Shown piece after piece: positions 53,813 through 64,000 of a DNA stretch of 64,000 nucleotides. The position numbers and the translations under genes are program-made. The stretch is taken from the NCBI GenBank assembly GCA_964016885.1, contig OZ024746.1:86180001-86244000 (forward strand). The letters run 5' to 3'. The notes under the pieces were generated by a model that worked only from the letters and a program-made list of their open reading frames with translations, did no database searches and was not told where the DNA came from. The stretch comes from Eledone cirrhosa (Eukaryota). Every line of letters starts with the position of its first letter. Position 1 is the stretch's first letter.

Positions 53813-54649
53813 AAACTTCTTCGTTTAATATATATATATATAGAGAGAGAGAGAGATCTAGTTATCGATAGCCCCATGGCACGAGAAAAGCGCCTCATTC
53901 ACTAATTAACATTTTATTTTTTATTTTACTTGTTTTTAAACAACCTAATTCTACCCTCAATCTTAAAGATAGTACTAATTATTTCATATCTTCTACTCTT
54001 GTAAGTTAGCTAAAGTTCTGTAGTAAAGTATATTCCTGAAAGTACCTCCAAGTACGAATTTAACATGTTTATTAAAGCCTTCGCCAATCATGGGCAAAAG
54101 GAAGTAATAGAAATAAAGGTTAGTTAATAGCTTTCTTTAACCATTCTGACGCTAAAGTAAGTGATGGTACTTGCACACTTACATAATATAAGTTTATATG
54201 GCAGTACGTATTAGCTCTATATACCATACCTACCATAGCAGCAGTCCGGTAATAACTACAAGTAAGTTAGAGCATCGTGCTTAAATTATGAGTAATAGGT
54301 CTAGTAAAGTGTCTCAGCTATCTATTTAGCTGGTGCCATAGGGCAATATGTATAGTTTAACAAGAATGAAAATATTCTAGGGAATGTTTACCATAGAGAA
54401 AATATACAATAATGAAAATATACAAAGTTCTACCTAAGGATGTTAGGGACGAGTTAACAATAACGAACATATTCAATTTCCACTTAAGGTTGCTTAGGGT
54501 TTCCTTTATCTAAGTGTGTAAGTGGGAAGGATATGAAAGCCAAGATCTACCCAACTGGGTCGTGAAGGAGTTTGAAGGAAACCCTAAGCATCCTTAGGTA
54601 GAACTTGAATATTTTCGTTCCGAAGAATTATTATACATATATATATAGT

Positions 54650-54838
54650 GAAGGCGTGTGACTGAGTGGTTAGAGAATTGGATTCACAATTTTGAGGTTG
54701 TGAGTTCGATTCCTGGACCGAGCGATGCGTTATGTCCTTGAGTAAGACACACTATTCCACGTTGCTCCTTCTACCTGGAGTTGCGACCGATAGATAGCAC
54801 TAGCAACTGGAAAGACCAACGGAAACATTGTTTCGATC
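54650..54838 (+). mobile_element. SINE family B
   Basis: Mirror of 13665-13845. Confidence 0.75.
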
Positions 54839-55081
54839 CTTAAAAATGTGTGTGTATGTGAGAGTGTGTGGGTGTGTAATATATATACCCCCCCCCCCCC
54901 TAAACACGCACATATATATATATGTATATATTTATATGTTAAGTGTATGATATTTTGTTAATACTATATATATATAGTATAAACAAAATATCATACACTT
55001 AACAGGGACGTGCTACCATTGGTTTCAGGGTCCAGTTATGGCCATCACTGTATATTGGAGGAGGCACTTATATATATATAT

Positions 55082-55390
55082 ATAAGAAGAAATTAAAAGA
55101 TGGTTAAAAAAGTTTCATATATTTTATTATGCGCATTTCAAAAACAAATATCATCTTGGGACGATAGTTGCATTCTCATCAGATAGAATAAGGTAACATG
55201 ATATGATGCCTAAATGATATGATCCCAGGATGATATTTGTTTTTGAAATGATCATAATAAAATATATGGAACTTTTTAACCATCTTTTAATTTCTTCTTA
55301 GATATACCCCAGTCCAATAAACTGTTGAGTGCTACCTATCCGATATATGCATAGTTTTATTGTTCTACAATAAAACTCACCTTCTACATT
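55082..55390 (+). mobile_element. Fold-back with tail; hammerhead at 55120-55190 on the minus strand
   Basis: TATTCTAT-CTGATGA-GAATGCAACTATCGTC(CCAA)GATGATATTTGTTTTT-GAAA-T(GCGC)A-TA-ATAAAATA. Confidence 0.7.
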
Positions 55391-55409
55391 ATATATACAT
55401 ATATATATA

Positions 55410-55610
55410 ACGAAGGAATTGTGGTAAGGAACCAGATGGACCATAACGCACCAGAGTACTCAATACTTATGGTAGAAGAATGGGTAAATGGAAAAGGTAT
55501 GACCCCGACGGCAGAGCTCAAGCCGTTTTGACAGCTATTTCTGGACTCTGGAGTCCAGAAATAGCCGTCGAAACGTCTTGAGCTCTGCCGTCGGGGTCAT
55601 ACCTTTTCCT
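55410..55610 (-). mobile_element. Short fold-back (arms ~55490-55548 / 55551-55609) with left tail
   Basis: GGAAAAGGTATGACCCCGACGGCAGAGCTCAAG mirrored; tail contains GTATTGAGTACTC on the minus strand. Confidence 0.6.
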
Positions 55611-55627
55611 ATATATATATATATAGG

Positions 55628-55660
<33 letters not shown>

Positions 55661-56512
55661 AAATATATTTTCTCTCGTTGAGTTTCTTTCTTTCTTGAAA
55701 GAAACTCAACGAGTTGAAACTTAATCTTTATCAACTATTTCCAATTTCTACAAATTGGAAATAGTTGATAAAGATTAAATCTCTCTTAATAGTCTGTATG
55801 CGTGGCTGATCTAAAATAACTTGGAACATTGTTGCCGGAGCATCCATACTCTAGTGGATTGCGTAGTTAACGATTGTGCCTGTCTGAGAATCTGCACATC
55901 CCAAAGCAGCTCATGCTACCACCCAACAAGAAACCCGAAAAGATTCCCTTTTGCTTTAACCAAACATTTGTTTTGTCCCGAATGTGTGGAAGTGAGTATG
56001 TATGTAATGCAGTGTTGACGTAGTGTATAGTGCGGCAGTGTGCAGTGTGAAGGGGAGGGGGGGGGGGGGCAGTAATGGCGGGTATAATGTGTGGCAATGA
56101 TGGTGGTATGTAGTGTGTAGAGATCAAACACTCATTAGTCTGGTTAGAATATTATTCTGACACTTGAATGGAGGTGAAACTAAGACGGAGGGGAAAAGAA
56201 TAAGTATATACAACACCATCACCATCATAATCACAATCACAATCACCAATACGACGACGACGACGACCACCACCACCAACAACAACAACAACAAATCCAA
56301 CTGCCCCAGCACCACCGCCATCAACAGTACAAGCAGCACCACCACTATCATCATCACCATAGTTGTATTTCAGACGTAATTAAGTCATCTTCTGTTACGT
56401 AACAACCTTCCAACTGCTACCCCCTTCTATACATTTCTAGGATCTCATTATTCAGTCGAAATTATGTACCCTGATGTAATTTATACATGCACCACACATA
56501 CACACACACACA

Positions 56513-56580
<68 letters not shown>

Positions 56581-56631
56581 TATATATATATATATACAAT
56601 ATATATAATATATATAATATAATATATATAC

Positions 56632-56664
<33 letters not shown>

Positions 56665-56666
56665 CG

Positions 56667-56697
<31 letters not shown>

Positions 56698-56772
56698 CAG
56701 ACAGAAAGTTTTTTGTCATTAATATACTAACTTGTATTGCCCCCAATGGATGATTTGGCATTAGATAAACTG

Positions 56773-56837
<65 letters not shown>

Positions 56838-56877
56838 ATTATATATATATATGTATATATATGTATATATAATTATA

Positions 56878-56913
<36 letters not shown>

Positions 56914-56943
56914 TGTATGTATGTATGTATGTATGTATGTATG

Positions 56944-56980
<37 letters not shown>

Positions 56981-57374
56981 TATATATATATACATATATC
57001 TATTTATATACACACATACACACATATATGTCGTGAATGTGTGTGTATTTACAATGATTTATCGTATATAATCTCCCACGTAATATTATATAATGTGTTT
57101 AATGTATATAATATGAATGAATTTACATTGTATATATATTCGTAAATATTTACATTCAATATATACAAGCAAATAAATACACAAAGACACACACACAAAC
57201 AAATGTGTACATGCACTCACGTATACATCATACGTACATACATACTTACGCACAAACATACCAACACATATATACATGCTTACATGCATACAAATATACA
57301 TACACACATACATAAATGTACACACAAACACACACGTATACATCATTCGTACACACATACACACACACATACCA

Positions 57375-57405
<31 letters not shown>

Positions 57406-58726
57406 CATGCTTACATACATACAAATATACATACTAACAAATGGGTACATACACACACGTATACATCATACGTACATACATACTTACTCGCAAACATACC
57501 AGCACACACACACACGTATATATATATATATATATTTCTCTCTATATATATATACATGCTTACATGGATACAAATATACATAAACACATATATAAATGTA
57601 CATATATACATATACATACACACATATATAAATGTACATATATACATATACATACACACATATATAAATGTACATATACATGCATACATATATAAATGTA
57701 CATACATACACACATATACAAATATACATACACACATATACAAATATACATACTCACATATACAAATATACACACACACACACATATAAATGTACATATA
57801 TACATATACATACACACATATATAAATGTACATATATACATAAGCAGACACACATATATAAATGTACATATATACATATACATACACACATATATAAATG
57901 TACATATATACATAAGCAGACACACATATATAAATGTACATATATACATATACATACACACATATATAAATGTAGATATATACATATACATACACACATT
58001 TAAATGTACATATATACATATACATACACACATATATAAATATACTTATACATATATACATACACACATATATAAATGTACATATATACATATACATACA
58101 CACATATATAAATATACTTATACATATATACATACACACATATATAAATGTACATATATACATATGCATACACACATATGTAAATGTACATATATACATA
58201 CACACATATATAAATGTACATATATACATATACATACAGACATATATAAATGTACATATATACATATACATACAGACATATATAAATGTACATATACATG
58301 CATACATATATAAATGTACATATATACATATACATACAGACATATATAAATGTACATATATACATATACATACACACATATATAAATGTACATATATACA
58401 TATACATACACACATATATAAATATACTTATACATATATACATACACACATATATAAATGTACATATATACATATATACATACCTACGGAATATATATCT
58501 GCCTGTATAGAATGAATGACACTTTATTAAAAGATCTAATTAATATGGCGCCACACTAAAGCCATTCACCAATTCCTATTTGTATTTTACTCTATTTATG
58601 TTCTCTACAAACACAGTCCCTTGGTTATTTTACACGACAACCCACATATATTACAGCTAAAACCACAACCCAAACTCTAGTGTACCGCTATTAATCGATT
58701 TGATGATGTCGTTTCTTCTTCTTCTT

Positions 58727-58812
<86 letters not shown>

Positions 58813-58815
<3 letters not shown>

Positions 58816-59695
58816 AGTTGCATTTATCTTGCTTTATGTTCATACGAGTTATCACCAAGTCACAACCAGTGACCTCAAGAGACAACAAGGTCCGCCATGT
58901 TCAAGAAAGAACATACATACTCACACATGCATCTTTAGTGTTTAGACTTGTGATGTACTTATATTGACAGAATCTTCCTTAGTATATGGGAAGTTCCCAT
59001 TAGTACTATCTTTTGTATTTCTCCTATACGCGGGTTTCCTGGGATTTGCGATAAGTAATCATTAGACCCCTTAGGTATCATTCCCAGAGCGCCTACAACC
59101 ACTGGTATTGTTTTAGTTCTCAATTTCCACATTTTTCCAATTTCTATCTCCAGGTCCTTATACTTGCTCAATTTTTCAAATGTTTTTATAGATACATTCT
59201 TGTCTATTGGAACAGACATATCAATTAGCAGGCATACCCTCTTTTTAAAGTCCTTCAATATTATATCAGGTCTATTTGCATCTATTTTTCGGTCTGTTTG
59301 GATGCTAAAGTTCCACAAGATTGAGATGTGATCTTTTTCAAGTATGGGAGGTGGTTGATGCTCCCACCAATTCTTTTGATGGGGCAGGTCAAAATGCTTA
59401 CACATTATCCAATGTATGTATTGTGCAGCTCTGTCATGCCTGTTTAGGTATTCGGTTGGAGCTATATGACTGCACATTGAAATTATATGGTCAATGGTCT
59501 CTGGTTGTTTTTTGCATACACGGCATAATGGGCTGCATCCATTTTTATTATGTTGGCTTGGTAATTTTTTGTTGGCAGACACTGATCTTGTGCTGATATA
59601 ATCAGTCCTTCAGTCTCCGATTTCAGTCCAGAGGATGCCAACCACTGATGGGTTAAAGTTTTGTCAACATCAGGATTGTTAGCTCGCTCTGGGTA

Positions 59696-59697
<2 letters not shown>
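58813..59697 (-). mobile_element. 5'-truncated R4/Dong-like non-LTR retrotransposon (RLE domain)
   Basis: CRVC..ETIDHIISMC, RHD, RPDIIL..CLLIDMSVP, KLSKY; (TAA)n on both sides. Confidence 0.8.
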
Positions 59698-59737
<40 letters not shown>

Positions 59738-59738
<1 letters not shown>

Positions 59739-60057
59739 GTTCTTTGAGTCTCAGTCATTGATGTTAGTTAACTGGAAAGTTTGTTGAAATGAATATCAAG
59801 CCACTACCTGCAGCCTCAGATATTCAGGACGTATCGGAGGGTTCTTGCTGTTCCCAGCAAGCATGCCGTTTGAAACGTTCCAAAAAGCGTGAAGGATCCA
59901 ATTTTCTTTAACCATCCCTGGAAACTTTTTGAGATAGTACCTAGTGCGCCTATGACAATCGGGACCACTCTGACTTCATGGCAGTTCCAAATCCTTTTTA
60001 CCTCCCACTTTATCGGAGGGTTCTTGCTGTTCCCAGCAAGCATGCCTTTTGAAGCGT
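59738..60057 (-). mobile_element. Short R4/Dong-like 3' fragment with internal duplication
   Basis: Same C-terminus (GTARTLRYVLNI) and 3' UTR as 60090-60972. Confidence 0.75.
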
Positions 60058-60089
60058 ATTATTATTATTATTATTATTATTGTTATTGT

Positions 60090-60972
60090 TATTCCTTGAA
60101 TCTCAGTCATTGATGTTGGTTAACTGGAAAGTCCGTTGGATTGAATATCAAGCCACTACCTGCAGCCTCAGATATTCAGGACGTATCGGAGGGTTCTTGC
60201 TGTTCCAAGCAAGCATGCCTTTTGAAGCGTTCCAAAAAGCGTGAAGGGGCCGATTTTCTTTAACCATCCCTGGAAACTTTTGGAGATAGTCCCCAGTGCG
60301 CCTATGACAATCGGGATCACTTTGACTTCATGGCAGTTCCAAATCCTTTTCACCTCCCACTTTAGGTCCTGGTATCGGTTAATTTTCTCCCTCTCCTTCT
60401 CTTGCACTCTCGTGTCGAACGGGCAGGCCACATCCACAATCAGGCACGATCTTTTTTCTTTGTCCACAACCACCAGGTCAGGTCTATTGTGTTCCAGTTT
60501 TTTGTCCGTCTGTATCCTAAAATCCCACAGCACCTTCACCTGATTGTTCTCCATCACCGCCTCTGGCCTATGCTCATACCATTTCTCAGAATGTGGTAAA
60601 TTGTTTACTTTGCACAGGTGCCAGTGGATCACCCTGCCCATCACATTGTGTCTCCAGCCCTTATAGTGGGTCTGGGCTAGGTGTTTACACTCGGACACAA
60701 TGTGAGCCACAGTCTCCTCTCTCTCTCCACAGATCCTGCACAGTGGGCTAGCCTCCTCCTTGTAGATATGGTGCTTCAACCACTTCGTTTTGAGGGCCTG
60801 CTCCTGCGCAGCCATTAGCATTCCTTCTGTAGCCTTTTTGAGGTCTCCTCTTCTCAACCAGTTCCATGTCTGTGGATCTCTAAATTCAGTTTTCTCAAAG
60901 AAGGTACTATGAAGGGATTTTCCCTTAAGGCTGCTCTTCCTCCTTGATGTTATTTCCTCCTTGGACATCCCC
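60090..60972 (-). mobile_element. 5'-truncated R4/Dong-like retrotransposon, open 268-aa C-terminal frame
   Basis: CRIC..ETVAHIVSEC, RHN, RPDLVV..CLIVDVACP, KINRY; (TAA)n flanks. Confidence 0.85.
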
Positions 60973-60982
60973 AATAATAATA

Positions 60983-61035
<53 letters not shown>

Positions 61036-61188
61036 CTACTTTTGGCACAAGGCCAGAAATTACCCAGTACATTACTTGTACTACACCAAGGTTAACTTTG
61101 CTTTTCATCCTTACGGGGTCGATAAAATAAAGTACCAGTAATATACTGGGTAATTTCTGGCCTTGTGCCAAAAGTAGAAACAATTATT
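61036..61188. mobile_element. SINE family A fragment with inverted 3' end
   Basis: 61036-61083 mirrors 61131-61178. Confidence 0.7.
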
Positions 61189-61197
61189 ATTATCAAC

Positions 61198-63009
61198 ATG
61201 GATAACACAAGAAACAGAGAGAGCGCTGTCAGACAACACAGAGAGAGGGAGACTTTATCAGCATGTCAACAAGACAGCGTTCCAGCAGAGGTAAATATAA
61301 ACGAAAATATTACAAAGGAAAAGAAGATTGTTACAGATTTAAAATTAACAAATATTTCTAACACAAACAACACCAACAATAACACCAACAACAACACCAA
61401 CAACAACACCACCAATAACAACAGCAACAACAAAAATAACAGCGGTAAAGTCGAGAACGACAATAACAAAAATAACAGCGGTAAGGTCGAGAACGACAAT
61501 AACAATGACAATAACAATAGCTACAACAATAATAGTAGGAACAGTATCAACAAAAACAACAATAATAACAACAGCAACAATAACAGTAACAACAGCAACA
61601 GTATCAACGAAAACAACAACAACAACACAAACAACTGTATCAACGAAAACATCAACAATGACATCGATACCTGTAGTAGCGATCACAGCACCACCAGTAA
61701 GACCAGTAGCGGCGGCAATAGTGGTGCTGCTGAAAAAGGGACCACTTCTTTTGCAGGTGTCGCCCGAAATATCGAGACAGTGTTAGTCACAGAGGAGGAG
61801 ATGGCAGTCGCAAGAGCCATGGTGACAAGAAGCGCCAATAGAGTCTCCCTGAAACCTCCACCCGATTTTTTCAAGGACCAGCAGCTACGGACGGTGACTT
61901 ACCGCACCGTAAGCAAAATCTCACATCGGGTGAAGAGAGCCACGGAGGCTCAAATCCAAAAGGCGTTGGGGTGCGTCTGGGCACGCAAAACCCACATCAC
62001 CCGAGGCAGAAAGTACGCCACAGTAGACGTAGTTTTCGCCACCCCCCAGGAAGCAAAGTCTCACTCTTTGGAAACCCTAAAGAGTGAGGAGATAGTCTTG
62101 GTGCCCTCCTTATGCGGGCAAAAAATTGTGAGGGTCAAAATGACCCAGGTCCCACCCGACGTGCCCATACCTTGGCTGGCGGCGTCTGTCCTTGCTGGAA
62201 TCGAGAACAGGACGACCATGCTGCAAGTAGAAAAAATAGGGAGAGAGAACTGGTCAGGTATAGGCATGACAATGCTTATACAAACTGACCAGGAATGTAT
62301 CGACGCTATCCCCGATATCATAGACATCGAGGAAGGACTCCAACTCCCTATAAGTGTAGAAGGAAGACGGCCAAAATGTTATTTCTGTGGGTCGAAGGGT
62401 CACCTCAGGGCCTTTTGCCCGCAGAAGACAGCGAAGAAGAAGGCCCCTCTCCTTCCAATACCTGGTCCGCTGCTACCAAGAGCAGGGCAGGCAACAAACG
62501 CAGAAGCCCCTTCCACGGTGAGTAGGAAGGCAACGTCCGTAGCACCCGTACCAAGGCCACGGACAACTAAAGCAGCATCATCAGTGGCGGCAACACCAAT
62601 GGCTACATTTGAAGTAGCTACACCAGCAACAAAATTGCCGAAGAGGGCTCCACTACCACCACCAACAGCCATGGAGCACATACCCCTCCCAGAGGCCACA
62701 GAATCCGACATGGTGTTTGAGGCGGGAGTCAAGTGGCAATCGGTCTGCCACAAAAAACAAAAAACAAAAAAACCCTTAGATTCACCCTCCGAAAGCGAAG
62801 GCATACAAAGAGGGGGTAAAGGCAGCAAGGAAACTTGCAGCAACACCACCACCATCACCACCACAAACACCACTGACAACAACAACCACACCACCACCAG
62901 CATCACCAAAAACACCAACAACGCAAACACAAGACACACACACACCAAACAGCAACAAGAAGAAAACAGTAACAATATCACCCCTCCTCCCAAAAGTATA
63001 CAGCCATAA
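61198..63009 (+). CDS. L1/Tx1-like ORF1 (Asn-rich N-terminus, CCHC zinc knuckle)
   Basis: VEGRRPKCYFCGSKGHLRAFCP; lies upstream of an APE ORF; start taken at first ATG (MDNTR). Confidence 0.75.
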   Translation: MDNTRNRESAVRQHRERETLSACQQDSVPAEVNINENITKEKKIVTDLKLTNISNTNNTNNNTNNNTNNNTTNNNSNNKNNSGKVENDNNKNNSGKVENDNNNDNNNSYNNNSRNSINKNNNNNNSNNNSNNSNSINENNNNNTNNCINENINNDIDTCSSDHSTTSKTSSGGNSGAAEKGTTSFAGVARNIETVLVTEEEMAVARAMVTRSANRVSLKPPPDFFKDQQLRTVTYRTVSKISHRVKRATEAQIQKALGCVWARKTHITRGRKYATVDVVFATPQEAKSHSLETLKSEEIVLVPSLCGQKIVRVKMTQVPPDVPIPWLAASVLAGIENRTTMLQVEKIGRENWSGIGMTMLIQTDQECIDAIPDIIDIEEGLQLPISVEGRRPKCYFCGSKGHLRAFCPQKTAKKKAPLLPIPGPLLPRAGQATNAEAPSTVSRKATSVAPVPRPRTTKAASSVAATPMATFEVATPATKLPKRAPLPPPTAMEHIPLPEATESDMVFEAGVKWQSVCHKKQKTKKPLDSPSESEGIQRGGKGSKETCSNTTTITTTNTTDNNNHTTTSITKNTNNANTRHTHTKQQQEENSNNITPPPKSIQP

Positions 63010-63325
63010 ACATGGCAAATAAAGAACTCCTACAACACATAAAGCAGCATACAGACATCACAGATAAAAACTACTACACCTCACCAACACCAAGAACTCT
63101 ACCGACAAACATAAGCATCATTGAAATCTCAATAGAACAGTACAAACCTTTAAAACAAAAATTCCCCAACGCAGTTGGAGACTTCAGAGGGTCGGTTACC
63201 AAGAGGATATACACTGACATCCTCTTGGAAATACCCATGACCAGCGAAAGGGACAGTTCTACTGTCCCTTCACCACACGATCAAGGTAAGTGACTCTTTC
63301 TCACTTGCCCCGTTTCTCATCCAAC

Positions 63326-63965
63326 ATGGCCGTACTCAGAATAGGCAGTATAAATGCACGTGGCCTGGGGTCATTTTGGAAGCAGGGTCACCTGCTCAAT
63401 GACCTCAGGTCACTAAACATAGATGTGGTGGCCATCAGTAAGACCAGAATCTCCGAAGCACAAGCCTTCGCACCGATCTTCCTTCGGCGGCTACGATGTA
63501 TACGCATCTCCCAGCCGTCCAGGATCGGGGGAGGGGTTGCTGTCCTTTTTCGGAGAGGCTTGGATCTCGCCATACGGGCCATCTTCCTAGACCCAGAAGG
63601 TAAGTCGGTGGTGCTGGACGTGACCGGCAGCGAAGGCAATGCTTTCAGGCTAGTAGACGTCTACGCCCCAACAGGGGCAGGACGGCCAGATTTCTTCAGA
63701 CGTCTAGAGACCTTTCTTGGAACGTCCCGCACTTTAGTGTTAGTGGCGACTGGAACGGTATCTTGGATGCCTTATCTAGTTCTCTGCAGAATACCCTATC
63801 TAGATACGATCTGGATGACTCGATGCGGTTTGTCCATGTCCACATTGGCACATTCGGGTGATCCAGTCGATACCTGTCAGACAGTTCAAAACGTCTGAGT
63901 AGGTTGGTGAGGCTCTTGCACCCTCCTCCCCTATCCACTAGCCCCACACAATCCCAGCGCTAGTA
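63326..63965 (+). pseudogene. L1/Tx1-like ORF2 AP-endonuclease domain, disrupted and partly inverted
   Basis: LRIGSINARGL, GGGVAVLF, DVYAPT, frameshifted GDWNGILDA; continuation DRYRLDHP..WTW..SYLDR lies on the minus strand. Confidence 0.8.
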
Positions 63966-64000
63966 TAAGTTGTCCACAATTTAAAATAGTCGACTACACA

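Overview
AT-rich, microsatellite-saturated animal DNA with no recognisable host gene. The SINEs look octopus/cephalopod-like (inference). Nearly all short ORFs in the track are artefacts of (TA)n/(CA)n/trinucleotide repeats. The dominant feature is an ~11.8-kb palindrome (arms 39532-45405 and 45447-51320, 41-bp spacer) formed by a Penelope-like retroelement of Naiad type. Its + arm encodes an intact 813-aa RT + GIY-YIG protein, followed by a ~3.2-kb microsatellite-rich 3' region, a hammerhead ribozyme with a 116-nt stem II and a one-sided ~135-bp tail, all inserted in (TA)n. The same architecture ((TA)n - inverted arm - arm - unpaired tail - (TA)n) recurs in miniature about a dozen times. These copies belong to several sequence-unrelated families, many carrying recognisable type I hammerhead folds, some with non-canonical cores. 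Other content: RTE fragments, Tx1/L1-like elements, three stacked R4/Dong-like RLE elements in (TAA)n, Tc1/mariner derivatives, a Helentron-like non-autonomous element, a gag zinc-knuckle remnant, two tRNA-SINE families, and 20-, 28-, 48- and 127-bp tandem repeats. All folds and boundaries were read by eye.
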